Source: Sphingomonadaceae bacterium (GTDB lineage Bacteria; Pseudomonadota; Alphaproteobacteria; Sphingomonadales; Sphingomonadaceae). From it: 64,000 nucleotides of DNA. The stretch's first letter is position 1, and every line of letters starts with the position of its first letter. The notes below the pieces were generated by a model. The model ran no database searches and was not told where the DNA came from. It saw nothing but the letters and a program-made list of their open reading frames with translations. Below, piece by piece: positions 17,598 through 26,429 of the stretch. Location: the NCBI GenBank assembly GCA_046348665.1, contig JAXMDV010000001.1, forward strand, positions 1,859,797 through 1,923,796, written 5' to 3'. A program made the translations under genes and the position numbers.

Positions 17598-18098
17598 ATG
17601 CTGAAGATTCGCCTGGGACTTGGCGCGGCGCTGGTCCTGCTTTCCGGCGCGGCGACGCCTGCCGCGCCGCTTAGCTATCCCGAGGTCGATCATATCCTGG
17701 TCGAAAAGGCCGCGCGGACCATGACGCTGTTTGGCGTCGACGGTTCGGTCACGGTAATCCCCGGCATCCAGCTGGGCGATACCCCGCTTGGTCCCAAGCA
17801 GTTCGAAGGCGACGAGAAGACGCCAGAAGGGCGCTTCACGATCGACTATGGCAACCCCAACAGCGCCTATCACCTTGCGCTGCACATCGATTATCCGCAC
17901 GCCGAACAGCGCGCCTTTGCCCAGGCGCAGGGCCGCAGCGCCGGCGGGCTGATCATGATCCACGGTCAGCCCAACGCCTTGCCCGCGGGCCGCGTTCCGG
18001 GCGACTGGACCGATGGCTGCATCGCCCTGTCGAATGCCGAGATCGAGGCCCTGTGGGAGGCGGTGCCCGATGGCACCCCGATCGAGATAAGGCCCTGA
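17598..18098 (+). CDS. L,D-transpeptidase (YkuD) family protein
   Basis: Signal peptide MLKIRLGLGAALVLLSGAA. Catalytic region IMIHGQPN...DWTDGCIALSN. Confidence 0.85.
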   Translation: MLKIRLGLGAALVLLSGAATPAAPLSYPEVDHILVEKAARTMTLFGVDGSVTVIPGIQLGDTPLGPKQFEGDEKTPEGRFTIDYGNPNSAYHLALHIDYPHAEQRAFAQAQGRSAGGLIMIHGQPNALPAGRVPGDWTDGCIALSNAEIEALWEAVPDGTPIEIRP

Positions 18099-18112
18099 AG
18101 ATTCGCATGTTC

Positions 18113-18140
18113 TTGACATAAGCTTGGTTTGTTCTAACTC
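18113..18140 (+). promoter_or_regulatory. Sigma70-like promoter candidate (TTGACA-16 nt-TAACTC) for the 18169 regulator gene
   Basis: Read directly in the AT-richer spacer, about 30 nt upstream of the start codon. Confidence 0.35.
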
Positions 18141-18168
18141 TGTTCGCAAGAATCGGGAGTCGGAACCT

Positions 18169-19170
18169 ATGGGACAGGCCAACCTTGTTTACAGCACCGC
18201 CGCCAACGACGCGGCCGGAATGCCGCTCAGCCTGTCGATCTTCGCTGACCGGCCCGACGTGCTGGGTCAGTTGCACGATGATGCGGTCGCGGCGGGGTTC
18301 CGGATTGCCGAGGCCGGCAGCCTCGTCGATCTCCTGGAAGGTGAGGCGCGGGTGCTGGGCGAACTGGTGCTGGTCGATTGCCCGGCGCCCGATGCGGCGG
18401 CCCTTGCGGCGCTAAGCCGGCTTGACTTGCGTGCGGCGCATTCGGGCACGCAGCTGATCGTCTCCACTTCGGTCGCCGCGCTCGACGCGGTTTTCGGCTG
18501 TCTGGACCAGTCCGGCCCGCAGCTGCTGGTCGATCCCGGCCGGGCCGACCGGGTGATCGCGCTGGGCCGGGCCCTGGCTTCGGCCGCCCAGCTCAAGGTG
18601 CGCGAACTGTCCGAGGAAGACCACCTGGTGCTGCTGCGGCTGACCGAGCAGGTCGCGCAGATCGCCCAGCGGCTTGACCGTCTGGAAGGCCCGCTCAGGA
18701 ACCTGGCGAAGACCCACGGCGATAGGGACAGCGCCTTCGGTTTCGAAAGTCCGCGTCCTGAATTTGCGAAAGCCGAAGCGGATGATGGCAGTGCCCGGCT
18801 GGTCCAGGCCAGCCGCCCGTCGCTGCCCGATCCGCGGCTGGTGCGCCGGATCATCCGCCAGCGGCAACTGCGCGCCCGGCACTTCGAAAGCGGCCTGTTC
18901 GCCGATCCGGCATGGGATATGCTGCTCGATCTTACAGCCGCGCGGGCGGAACATGCCCGCGTGTCGGTGACCAGCCTGTGCATTGCCAGCGGCGTGCCGC
19001 CGACAACGGCCTTGCGCTGGATCGGAATGATGACCGATGCCGGACTGCTCCAGCGGGTTGAGGATGAAACCGACCGGCGCCGGGCCTTCATCACGCTGAC
19101 CGACAAGGCGGCCGATGCGATGGCGCGCTATTTCGCGGATTTCGGCGCTCAGGCCAAGCGGCTGGTTTGA
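18169..19170 (+). CDS. Winged-helix (MarR-like C-terminal domain) DNA-binding protein
   Basis: Start at MGQANLVYS (ATG 18169). The C-terminal part reads LFADPAWDMLLDLTAARAEHARVSVTSLCIASGVPPTTALRWIGMMTDAGLLQRVEDETDRRRAFITLT. The N-terminal half belongs to no family I recognise. Confidence 0.55.
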   Translation: MGQANLVYSTAANDAAGMPLSLSIFADRPDVLGQLHDDAVAAGFRIAEAGSLVDLLEGEARVLGELVLVDCPAPDAAALAALSRLDLRAAHSGTQLIVSTSVAALDAVFGCLDQSGPQLLVDPGRADRVIALGRALASAAQLKVRELSEEDHLVLLRLTEQVAQIAQRLDRLEGPLRNLAKTHGDRDSAFGFESPRPEFAKAEADDGSARLVQASRPSLPDPRLVRRIIRQRQLRARHFESGLFADPAWDMLLDLTAARAEHARVSVTSLCIASGVPPTTALRWIGMMTDAGLLQRVEDETDRRRAFITLTDKAADAMARYFADFGAQAKRLV

Positions 19171-19224
19171 CGCTTTCCTAAGCCGCCGACTTGGGCTAGG
19201 GGCGCTGTCCTTGGCAACCGGCCA

Positions 19225-19300
19225 GGGCGCTTAGCTCAGTTGGTAGAGCATCTCGTTTACACCGAGAGGGTCGGCGGTTCGAGCCCGTCAGCGCCCACCA
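19225..19300 (+). tRNA. tRNA-Val (anticodon TAC), CCA encoded
   Basis: GGGCGCT/AGCGCCC acceptor stem, GCTC..GAGC D-stem, anticodon arm TCTCG-TTTACAC-CGAGA, and T-arm GGCGG-TTCGAGC-CCGTC. 76 nt. Confidence 0.95.
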
Positions 19301-19350
19301 GCCGGTCTAGAGGTAGTCTTGACGACGCCTCTACCCCATCAGGACAGACT

Positions 19351-19908
19351 CTACTTCGCTTCGGCCAGCAGTGCCGCGGTATCGGTGCCGGTCCAGTCGC
19401 GTTCGCCCTGGATCCGCCAGACTTCGCGCCCATCGGCATCGTACATGACCGTGGCCGGATAGGTTTCCACCCCGAACTGGAAGGCCAGAGTCATATCGGG
19501 GTTGAGCCAGGGTTCCAGGTTCTCCCCGCCCTTTTCCCTGAGGAAGCCGGCTACCGCATCCAGCTTTGCGCTGTCCTGGTTGATGGTCAGCACCCTGATC
19601 CCCGGATTGTCCGCCGCCAGCCGGTTCAGCTGCGGCAGTTCGGCCACGCAGGGCGCGCACCATGTCGCCCAGAGGTTGATCAGCAGCGGCTTGCCCTTGA
19701 GACTGGACAGGTTCAGCTCCTTGCCCGCCGGGTCCTTGAGCTGGAAATCGGGAAGCTGGCTGCCCTTGTGGCTGCGGTCGATCGATCCCGCGGTGGCCGC
19801 CGCGGCCGACGCGGGCGGTTGCGCCTTCTGCGCGCTTTCCCTATCGCACCCGCCAAGCAGTGCGGCACAGCCAAGGGCGACGACAGTGAGCGAGCGGGAC
19901 GACAACAC
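19351..19908 (-). CDS. tlpA: TlpA-like thiol:disulfide oxidoreductase (thioredoxin fold lipoprotein)
   Basis: GTG start at 19908 gives (M)[20 protein letters not shown], a lipobox. Active site [12 protein letters not shown]. It is divergent from argH. Confidence 0.78.
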   Translation of the reverse strand: MLSSRSLTVVALGCAALLGGCDRESAQKAQPPASAAAATAGSIDRSHKGSQLPDFQLKDPAGKELNLSSLKGKPLLINLWATWCAPCVAELPQLNRLAADNPGIRVLTINQDSAKLDAVAGFLREKGGENLEPWLNPDMTLAFQFGVETYPATVMYDADGREVWRIQGERDWTGTDTAALLAEAK

Positions 19909-19927
19909 AGGGCAGGGCTCCAACGCG

Positions 19928-21301
19928 ATGTGGGGCGGGCGGTTCGCGGGCGGACCGTCGGCGATCATGCGCGAGATAAATGCCTCGATCCCCTTCGACA
20001 AGGCGCTGTGGCGCCAGGACATCGCCGCCAGCAAGGCGCACGTCGCGATGCTGGCACGGCAGGGGATCGTCACCGCCGACGATGCCGAGGCGATTTCCGC
20101 CGGGCTCGATACCGTCGCGGGCGAATATGCCGCGCATGGCGTTCCCGAGAACTGGGATCTTGAAGACATCCACATGGTCACCGAAAGCCGCCTTGCCGAA
20201 CTGATCGGCGCGGCCGCCGGGCGGCTCCACACCGCGCGCAGCCGCAACGATCAGGTAGCGACCGATTTCAGGCTGTGGGTGCGCGATGCCTGCGACCAGG
20301 CCGACGCCGCGCTGCGGGCTCTGCAGGCCGCATTGGTCACCCGCGCGGGCGAACATGCCGCCAGCATCATGCCGGGCTTCACCCATTTGCAGACCGCGCA
20401 GCCGGTTACCCTGGGCCACCACCTGATGGCCTATTGCGAAATGGCCACACGCGATCGCAGCCGCTTTGCCGATTGCCGTGCACGGCTCAACCAGTCGCCG
20501 CTCGGCTCTGCCGCATTGGCGGGAACCGGCTTTCCGATCGACCGTGATTTCACCGCGCGCGAGCTCGGTTTCGACGCGCCGACCCGCAACAGTCTCGATG
20601 CGGTGTCCGATCGCGACTTTGCGATCGAGTATCTGACCTGTGCCGCGCAAACCTCGCTGCACCTCTCGCGGCTGGCGGAAGAATTCATCATCTGGGCCAG
20701 CCAGCCGTTCGGCTTCGTCACCTTGCCCGATAGTCTTTCGACCGGCAGCTCGATCATGCCGCAGAAGAAGAACCCCGACGCGGCGGAACTGGTGCGCGGC
20801 CATGCGGGGCGTATCGTCGGTGCCCTGACCAGCCTGATGATCACCATGAAGGGCCTGCCGCTGGCCTATTCCAAGGACATGCAGGACGACAAGGTGCCGG
20901 TGTTCGAGGCCGCCAGCCTGCTTACCCTGTGCCTTGCCGCGATGACCGGGATGGTCGAAGGGGCAACCTTCCGCACCGACCGGATGCGCGCCGCCGCCGA
21001 ACTGGGCTATGCCACGGCGACAGACCTGGCCGACTGGCTGGTGCGGCAGGCCAACATCCCCTTCCGCGAGGCGCACCACATCACCGGCGCGGCGGTCAAG
21101 CTGGCGGAAAGTCGCGGGATTGCGCTCGATGCCTTGCCGCTGGCCGATCTCCAGGCAATCGATGCGCGGATCGACGAGCGGGTGTTCGCCGCGCTCTCGG
21201 TCGATGCTTCGGTTGCCTCGCGCGCCAGCTATGGCGGAACCGCGCCCGAGCAGGTAAGGGCTCGTGTGGCCGAGGCGCGCGTGGCGCTGGGGCTGGAGTG
21301 A
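19928..21301 (+). CDS. argH: Argininosuccinate lyase
   Basis: [21 protein letters not shown]..., [25 protein letters not shown]. Confidence 0.95.
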   Translation: MWGGRFAGGPSAIMREINASIPFDKALWRQDIAASKAHVAMLARQGIVTADDAEAISAGLDTVAGEYAAHGVPENWDLEDIHMVTESRLAELIGAAAGRLHTARSRNDQVATDFRLWVRDACDQADAALRALQAALVTRAGEHAASIMPGFTHLQTAQPVTLGHHLMAYCEMATRDRSRFADCRARLNQSPLGSAALAGTGFPIDRDFTARELGFDAPTRNSLDAVSDRDFAIEYLTCAAQTSLHLSRLAEEFIIWASQPFGFVTLPDSLSTGSSIMPQKKNPDAAELVRGHAGRIVGALTSLMITMKGLPLAYSKDMQDDKVPVFEAASLLTLCLAAMTGMVEGATFRTDRMRAAAELGYATATDLADWLVRQANIPFREAHHITGAAVKLAESRGIALDALPLADLQAIDARIDERVFAALSVDASVASRASYGGTAPEQVRARVAEARVALGLE

Positions 21302-21306
21302 TTCGC

Positions 21307-21552
21307 ATGCGCCGCTGGCTGGTTCCTGCCCTGATTGTCGCCCTTGCCGGTTGCGGGGCAACAGCGCCGCTCAAGCCGGCGGCAGGCAAGGAGCTGCCAG
21401 TCGCGCCCTATGGCGTCGAACAGAAGCCGGCTGCCGAAGCCCTGCTCAAACCTACCCCCCAGGCTGCGCCGGAACGCAGCGTCGAACTGCGAAAACGTTC
21501 GGAAGAACGCACGCAAGACCCCTTCGACCTGCCCCCCGCCGACCACGAGTAA
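21307..21552 (+). CDS. Small lipoprotein (conserved argH-lysA spacer gene)
   Basis: MRRWLVPALIVALAGCG lipobox. 81 aa, charged C-terminal tail. Confidence 0.6.
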   Translation: MRRWLVPALIVALAGCGATAPLKPAAGKELPVAPYGVEQKPAAEALLKPTPQAAPERSVELRKRSEERTQDPFDLPPADHE

Positions 21553-21563
21553 AGCCTGATCAC

Positions 21564-22826
21564 ATGGACCATTTTGCAATCAAGAACGGCGTGATGCACG
21601 CCGAAGACCTGCCGCTGACCGCGATCGCCGAAGCGGTCGGGACCCCCGTCTACGTCTATTCGCGCGCGACGCTGGAACGCCATGCGCGGGTGTTCAAGGA
21701 TGCGCTGGCGCACCTGCCCAGGACGCATATCGCTTTCGCGATCAAGGCCAATCCCAACCTCGCCGTGCTCAAGGTCATGCAGCGCGAAGGGCTGGGCGCC
21801 GACGTGGTTTCGGGCGGAGAGCTGGCGCGCGCGCTGGCAGCGGGCATGGCGAGCCGCGACATCGTCTTTTCGGGCGTCGGCAAGACCGCGGCCGAGATGG
21901 TCCAGGGCCTCGATGCCGGGATCGGCCAGTTCAACATCGAAAGCGAGGAAGAAGGCATCGAGCTGGCGGCGCTGGCCGCGGCGCGCGGCCAGGTTGCGGC
22001 CTGCGCGCTGCGCGTCAATCCCGATGTCGATGCCCGCACGCACGAGAAGATCTCGACCGGCAAGGCCGAAAACAAGTTCGGCGTGCCGATCGACCGCGCG
22101 GCCGGGATCTATGCCCGGCTAAATGCCCTGCCCGGCATGGATCTGCGCGGGGTTGCGGTGCACATCGGCAGCCAGTTGCAGCAGCTCCAGCCGCTGGAGG
22201 ATGCCTTCGTCAAGCTGGGCGCCCTGATCACCGAACTGCGCGCGGGCGGGCAAAGCGTGACTCACGCCGATCTCGGCGGCGGGCTTGGCGTGCCGTACAA
22301 GGCGGGCGAGGTGTTTCCCAGCCCGGCGGAATACGGGCAGATGGTCGGGCGGGTCTGCGCGGATTGGGACGTAACCCTGATGTTCGAGCCGGGGCGGGTG
22401 ATCTGCGGCAACGCCGGCCTGCTGCTGACCCGCGTGATCCGGGTGAAGCGCAGCTCCAACGGCGCGCCATTCGTGGTGGTTGACGCCGCGATGAACGATC
22501 TCGCACGTCCGGCAATGTATGGCGCCTGGCACGATTTCGATGCGGTGCAGCCGAATGGCAGCCGGATGGTCGCCAACGTCGTCGGGCCGATCTGCGAAAC
22601 CGGCGATACCTTTGCTATGGGCCGCGATATCGACGCGCTCGAAGCGGGCGACCTTGCGGTGTTCCGCACCGCCGGGGCCTATGGCGCGACGATGGCCAGT
22701 TCCTACAACAGCCGCGGCTTCGTCTGCGAAGTCATGGTTGACGGAGACAGGTTCGCGGTTGTCGCCGACCGGATCCTGCCCGCGGCCATCACCGCCGCCG
22801 AGCGCGTGCCGGATTTCCTGCTGTAG
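21564..22826 (+). CDS. lysA: Diaminopimelate decarboxylase
   Basis: MDHFAIKNGVMHAEDLPL..., FAIKANPN (PLP lysine), HIGSQL, CETGD. Confidence 0.93.
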   Translation: MDHFAIKNGVMHAEDLPLTAIAEAVGTPVYVYSRATLERHARVFKDALAHLPRTHIAFAIKANPNLAVLKVMQREGLGADVVSGGELARALAAGMASRDIVFSGVGKTAAEMVQGLDAGIGQFNIESEEEGIELAALAAARGQVAACALRVNPDVDARTHEKISTGKAENKFGVPIDRAAGIYARLNALPGMDLRGVAVHIGSQLQQLQPLEDAFVKLGALITELRAGGQSVTHADLGGGLGVPYKAGEVFPSPAEYGQMVGRVCADWDVTLMFEPGRVICGNAGLLLTRVIRVKRSSNGAPFVVVDAAMNDLARPAMYGAWHDFDAVQPNGSRMVANVVGPICETGDTFAMGRDIDALEAGDLAVFRTAGAYGATMASSYNSRGFVCEVMVDGDRFAVVADRILPAAITAAERVPDFLL

Positions 22827-22843
22827 CGTCTGGTCCGCATGGG

Positions 22844-22914
22844 GCTTCGACAAGCTCAGCCTGAGCGGGATTGCACTGTGGAACCCGGTCCGCTTAGGCT
22901 GAGCTTGTCGAAGC
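22844..22914. repeat. Palindromic element, family A (GCTTCGACAAGCTCAGCCTGAGCGG ... CCGCTTAGGCTGAGCTTGTCGAAGC)
   Basis: 25-nt near-perfect inverted arms around a 21-nt loop, immediately after the lysA stop. Confidence 0.9.
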
Positions 22915-22939
22915 CCGGCCGCCAGCCTAGTTTTCCAGC

Positions 22940-23698
22940 ATGATGCACAGCCTGCCGATCTTCGTCCGCCTTGCCGGCCAGCCGGTGATCGTGCTGGGCG
23001 AAGGCGATGCGGCAGCGGCGAAACGGCGGCTGGTCGAACGTGCGGGCGGGGTCGTGGTCGGCGCTGACGATCGCGAGGCCCGGCTGGCGCTGGTGGCAAT
23101 GGATGATCCCGAAGGCGCGGTGCTGCGCCTGAAGGCGCGCGACGTTCTGGTCAATGTCGCCGACCGGCCCGAGCTGTGCGATTTCACCCTGCCCAGCATA
23201 GTCGATCGCGACCCGGTGCTGATCGCGGTTTCGACCGGTGGAGCATCGGCGGGGCTGGCCAAGGCGCTGCGGCTGCGGTTCGAGGCGCTGCTGCCCGCTT
23301 CGCTGGGCAAGCTGACGCTCGCGCTCGGCGGCGCGCGCGCGGCGCTGCGGGTGCGCTGGCCCGATACGGGTGAACGGCGACGGGCGCTTGACGCCGCGCT
23401 GGCGGCGGGCGGTTCGCTTGACCCGCTGCGCGAAGGCAGCGCCGATGCGCTTGATGCCTGGCTGGAGCGAGCGGGCGCGGAGCCGGGCGGCACGGTAACC
23501 ATCGTGCTGGCCAGCGACGATCCTGATGAGCTTACCCTGCGCCAGGCGCGCTGGCTGGGAAGCGCCGACCGGGTGTTTCACGCGGCGGATGTGCCGGCCG
23601 CGATCCTGTCGCGCGCGCGGGCCGATGCCCGGTTGCTGATGCTGGATGGCGAGCCTGGCGAGGCGCCGGGCCTGACCGTCATCGTCACTCGGGGCTGA
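22940..23698 (+). CDS. Siroheme synthase N-terminal module (precorrin-2 dehydrogenase/sirohydrochlorin ferrochelatase) with a truncated, degenerate methylase remnant
   Basis: LPIFVRLAGQPVIVLGEGDAAAAKRRLV, VNVADRPELCDFTLPSIVDRDPVLIAVSTGGASAGLAKALR. The C-terminal 70 aa, VTIVLASDDPDELTLRQARWLGSADRVFH, resemble the start of a TP-methylase domain but lack the GAGPGD loop. Confidence 0.7.
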   Translation: MMHSLPIFVRLAGQPVIVLGEGDAAAAKRRLVERAGGVVVGADDREARLALVAMDDPEGAVLRLKARDVLVNVADRPELCDFTLPSIVDRDPVLIAVSTGGASAGLAKALRLRFEALLPASLGKLTLALGGARAALRVRWPDTGERRRALDAALAAGGSLDPLREGSADALDAWLERAGAEPGGTVTIVLASDDPDELTLRQARWLGSADRVFHAADVPAAILSRARADARLLMLDGEPGEAPGLTVIVTRG

Positions 23699-24077
23699 GC
23701 AGCACCTTCATCTGCGCGAGCGCGATCGGCCGGGTGCGGTCATCCTGCCAGCATTCGGCATTGACCAGCGCCACGCGCCGCCCGGCGCGCATCACCTTGC
23801 CCATTGCGAAGGTGCGTTGCTCGGTCCCGCCGCGCATGAATTCGACCTGGACGTTGACCGGCTTGAGCTTCATCGCCTCGCCCCGGCGCTCCAGTTCGGC
23901 ACGCAGCGCGGCAATCGCCGCCATTTCCATCAGCCCGCTCATCGCCCCGCCATGCAGGAAACCGGGGCGGCCCTGGATCCGGTCCGAAAAATCGGCGTAA
24001 AGCACCGGCAAGCCATCCTCGTCGTGATCGAGGGCGATACCCAGCGCCTGGGCATAGGGGGGCAGGGCAGTGCTCAC
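23685..24077 (-). CDS. PaaI-family hotdog-fold thioesterase
   Basis: 130 aa, with GFLHGGAMSGLMEMAA and an overall hotdog pattern. It overlaps the upstream paralogue by 4 nt. Confidence 0.75.
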   Translation of the reverse strand: MSTALPPYAQALGIALDHDEDGLPVLYADFSDRIQGRPGFLHGGAMSGLMEMAAIAALRAELERRGEAMKLKPVNVQVEFMRGGTEQRTFAMGKVMRAGRRVALVNAECWQDDRTRPIALAQMKVLLSPE

Positions 24078-24541
24078 AGATAGGTCCCGTGGGTGGCCAT
24101 GAAAGTGCCGGTCACGTGCGCAACTGGATCATCGGGATCGCCATCGTGGGCGATGCCGCGGATGAAGCTGATCGTGCGGGTCAGCTTGTAGCATTCGCCG
24201 TGGCCGATCACCGTGCGGCCGGGCACCGCGGCGCGCATGTAGTCGACCCGCAGGTCCAGCGTGGCATGCGGGGTCACGCGTTTCGCCAGGGTCCAGACCG
24301 CCATCGACGTGGCATTGTCCATCAGGCTGATGATCGGGCCTGATGCCAGCACTCCGGTTTCGGCCACCCCGACCAGTTCCTCGCGCCAGGGCAGCGAAAG
24401 CTCGACCCAGTCCGGCCCGTGCGCATGATAGGTCAGCCCCAGCCAGCCGCCGTGGCCGTGGCGGGTCATGAATTTCGATCCGCGGGCCGGGTCGAAAACG
24501 AAATCCGGTGGCAGGTCGTGCAGGCTCTTGGCGCGTTCCAT
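24074..24541 (-). CDS. PaaI-family hotdog-fold thioesterase
   Basis: 155 aa: GVLASGPIISLMDNATSMAV, TLDLRVDYMRAA. Confidence 0.75.
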   Translation of the reverse strand: MERAKSLHDLPPDFVFDPARGSKFMTRHGHGGWLGLTYHAHGPDWVELSLPWREELVGVAETGVLASGPIISLMDNATSMAVWTLAKRVTPHATLDLRVDYMRAAVPGRTVIGHGECYKLTRTISFIRGIAHDGDPDDPVAHVTGTFMATHGTYL

Positions 24542-24659
24542 GGCGGTTTCTCTGCTGCCGCGCGGGACCGATTACAATCTTTTAATTTCAGTCCGAGCGC
24601 CGCGGCGCGGAAGTTTCCCCGGCGGGATGGAATCCCGCGCCAGCAACAAGGGGAAAGTC

Positions 24660-24827
24660 ATGAACCTGCCAAAATTCGATCTATCCGCGCTGCCCGACCT
24701 CGACACCCTGACCGGGATGCTCGGTAGCCTGTCCAGCCCCGACCAGCGCGTCCAGATCATCGACGATTCGCTGATTGACGTGATGGTTTACGTCTACGAA
24801 GTCATCAAGCAGCTGCTCGGCACCTGA
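24660..24827 (+). CDS. Small acidic hypothetical protein (55 aa)
   Basis: An AAGGGGAAAG SD lies 5 nt before ATG 24660. Sequence: MNLPKFDLSALPDLDTLTGMLGSLSSPDQRVQIIDDSLIDVMVYVYEVIKQLLGT, with GC3-rich codons. No family recognised. Confidence 0.35.
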   Translation: MNLPKFDLSALPDLDTLTGMLGSLSSPDQRVQIIDDSLIDVMVYVYEVIKQLLGT

Positions 24828-24845
24828 GAGTCCGCACTTGCTGAG

Positions 24846-25331
24846 CTAGCCGATCCCGCCAGCCAGTGCGTCGATCGCCGCCTGGAGGATCACCGCAGCG
24901 GCGGCGGCGTCGATCCGTTCGGCGCGCCTGGCCCGGCTCATGTCCTGGGCGATCAGCGCGCTTTCGGCGCTGGCGGTCGACCAGCGCTCGTCCCAGAGCA
25001 GAACCGGCAGGGCCAGTGCCTGCGCAACATTGCGGGCGTAGGCGCGGCTCGACTGGCTGCGCGGTCCTTCGCTGCCGTCCATGTTGAGCGGAAGGCCGAT
25101 CACCACGCCCCTGATGCCGCGCTCGCGCACCAGCGCGGCAAGCGCTTCCTTGTCGGCGCCGAACTTGCCGCGCTTAAGCGTCTTGCCGGGCGACGCGAAC
25201 CTCCACCCGGCATCGCAGAAGGCTGTGCCGATCGTCTGGGTGCCAAGGTCGAGCGCCAGCAAAGCGCCGCCCTGCGGCAGCGCGGCGCGCAATTCATCGG
25301 CGCGGACGGTGATCAGCGCTGCTTCTGCCAT
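24846..25331 (-). CDS. ruvX: Holliday junction resolvase-like protein RuvX (YqgF)
   Basis: LLALDLGTQTIGTA, VVIGLPLNMDGSEGP, LWDERWST. Confidence 0.9.
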   Translation of the reverse strand: MAEAALITVRADELRAALPQGGALLALDLGTQTIGTAFCDAGWRFASPGKTLKRGKFGADKEALAALVRERGIRGVVIGLPLNMDGSEGPRSQSSRAYARNVAQALALPVLLWDERWSTASAESALIAQDMSRARRAERIDAAAAAVILQAAIDALAGGIG

Positions 25332-26425
25332 GTCGCTACCCGCCGCGCGAAGTCTTCGCGCAGGTTGGTCCAGTAGAGTGCATAGTCATAGACATGGTAG
25401 TTGCCCCCCGGCAGCACGAACGGCCCCATGTCGGGCCCCTTGCCGATCCGCAGCGTGCCGTCGGCAGCGCAGGCAGCCCCGGCAAGGCCCGGGGTGATCG
25501 TGGCCCTGGTGACTTTCAGATCGGGAACGATCGCGCCGCGATTGGCGCTGGCGGGCGCCGCGCCGCCGATTCCGCCGGTTAGCGGGTTGGAGCACAGGTA
25601 GCGCGGCACGGCGGGCGCGGAGCCCTTGCCGGCAAACCGTTCATAGGCGCGCCGCATCATCGACGTATCGGCCTGATCGGTGAAACTGAGGTAGCTGATC
25701 ACGCAGCCGGCCTGATCGGGTGCGGCGCAGGCCGGCAGGCCCATGTCCGGCAGGTCGCGCGCGGTATCGACCACCCAGCCGATCACATAGGCGGCCACCA
25801 CCCGGCGGGCGAGCGGCTTGCCCGCGACCTTTTCCCTGAGCAGCCGCTTGATGATGAAACTGCCCTGGCTGTGACCCGCAAGCACGATACCGCGTCCCGG
25901 CGGCTGCGCCGCCACGAAGGCATCGAAAGCCTGGGCGACGTCCTGGTAGGCCAGTTCGTGCGCCTCGCGGGCCTCGGGCGCGTCTGAAACGAAGGCCCCG
26001 AAAGTCGCCTGGCGATAGCGCGGCGCCCAGACTTCGGCGGCACGGCTGAACACGCTGGCATTGGCCTTGGTCACGATCTCGCCGATCCGGCGCGCATCGG
26101 CATCATCGAGCGGGGCGTTCCAGTGGCTCTTCTTGAGATAGCTGGTCGGGTGAACGAAGAACACCGCGACGTCGAGCGGCTCGCCCGCTTCGGCAAAGCC
26201 CTCGGGCCGCCAGTTGATCAGCGCCTCGCCGGGCTGGCCGGGCCGCGCCATCCACAGCGCCGGGTCGGCATAGGCATTGGCGGCGAGCCGAGGCTGGGGC
26301 TCGAACGCGCGCGAAGGCGTGAAGGTCGCGCGGGTCAGCTGTTCGGGATAGAAGCCCAGCGCGATCCGTCCGGCCGCGAACAGCGCGATCAGGATCGCGA
26401 CGAGGTAGAGGAACTTGCGGGCCAC
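25313..26425 (-). CDS. DUF3089 domain protein (alpha/beta-hydrolase-like)
   Basis: GTG start at 26425 gives (M)ARKFLYLVAILIALFAAG, a TM segment (alternative start ATG 26470). Motifs: VFFVHPTSY, APRYRQATF, LAGHSQGS. Confidence 0.75.
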   Translation of the reverse strand: MARKFLYLVAILIALFAAGRIALGFYPEQLTRATFTPSRAFEPQPRLAANAYADPALWMARPGQPGEALINWRPEGFAEAGEPLDVAVFFVHPTSYLKKSHWNAPLDDADARRIGEIVTKANASVFSRAAEVWAPRYRQATFGAFVSDAPEAREAHELAYQDVAQAFDAFVAAQPPGRGIVLAGHSQGSFIIKRLLREKVAGKPLARRVVAAYVIGWVVDTARDLPDMGLPACAAPDQAGCVISYLSFTDQADTSMMRRAYERFAGKGSAPAVPRYLCSNPLTGGIGGAAPASANRGAIVPDLKVTRATITPGLAGAACAADGTLRIGKGPDMGPFVLPGGNYHVYDYALYWTNLREDFARRVATWQKQR

Positions 26426-26429
26426 GGCT

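Noticed and set aside
19171-19350. tRNA-Val as a possible integration site for a genomic island
   Set aside because: No integrase, no direct repeat of the tRNA 3' end, and no accessory genes follow. The next gene is the conserved tlpA/argH divergent pair.
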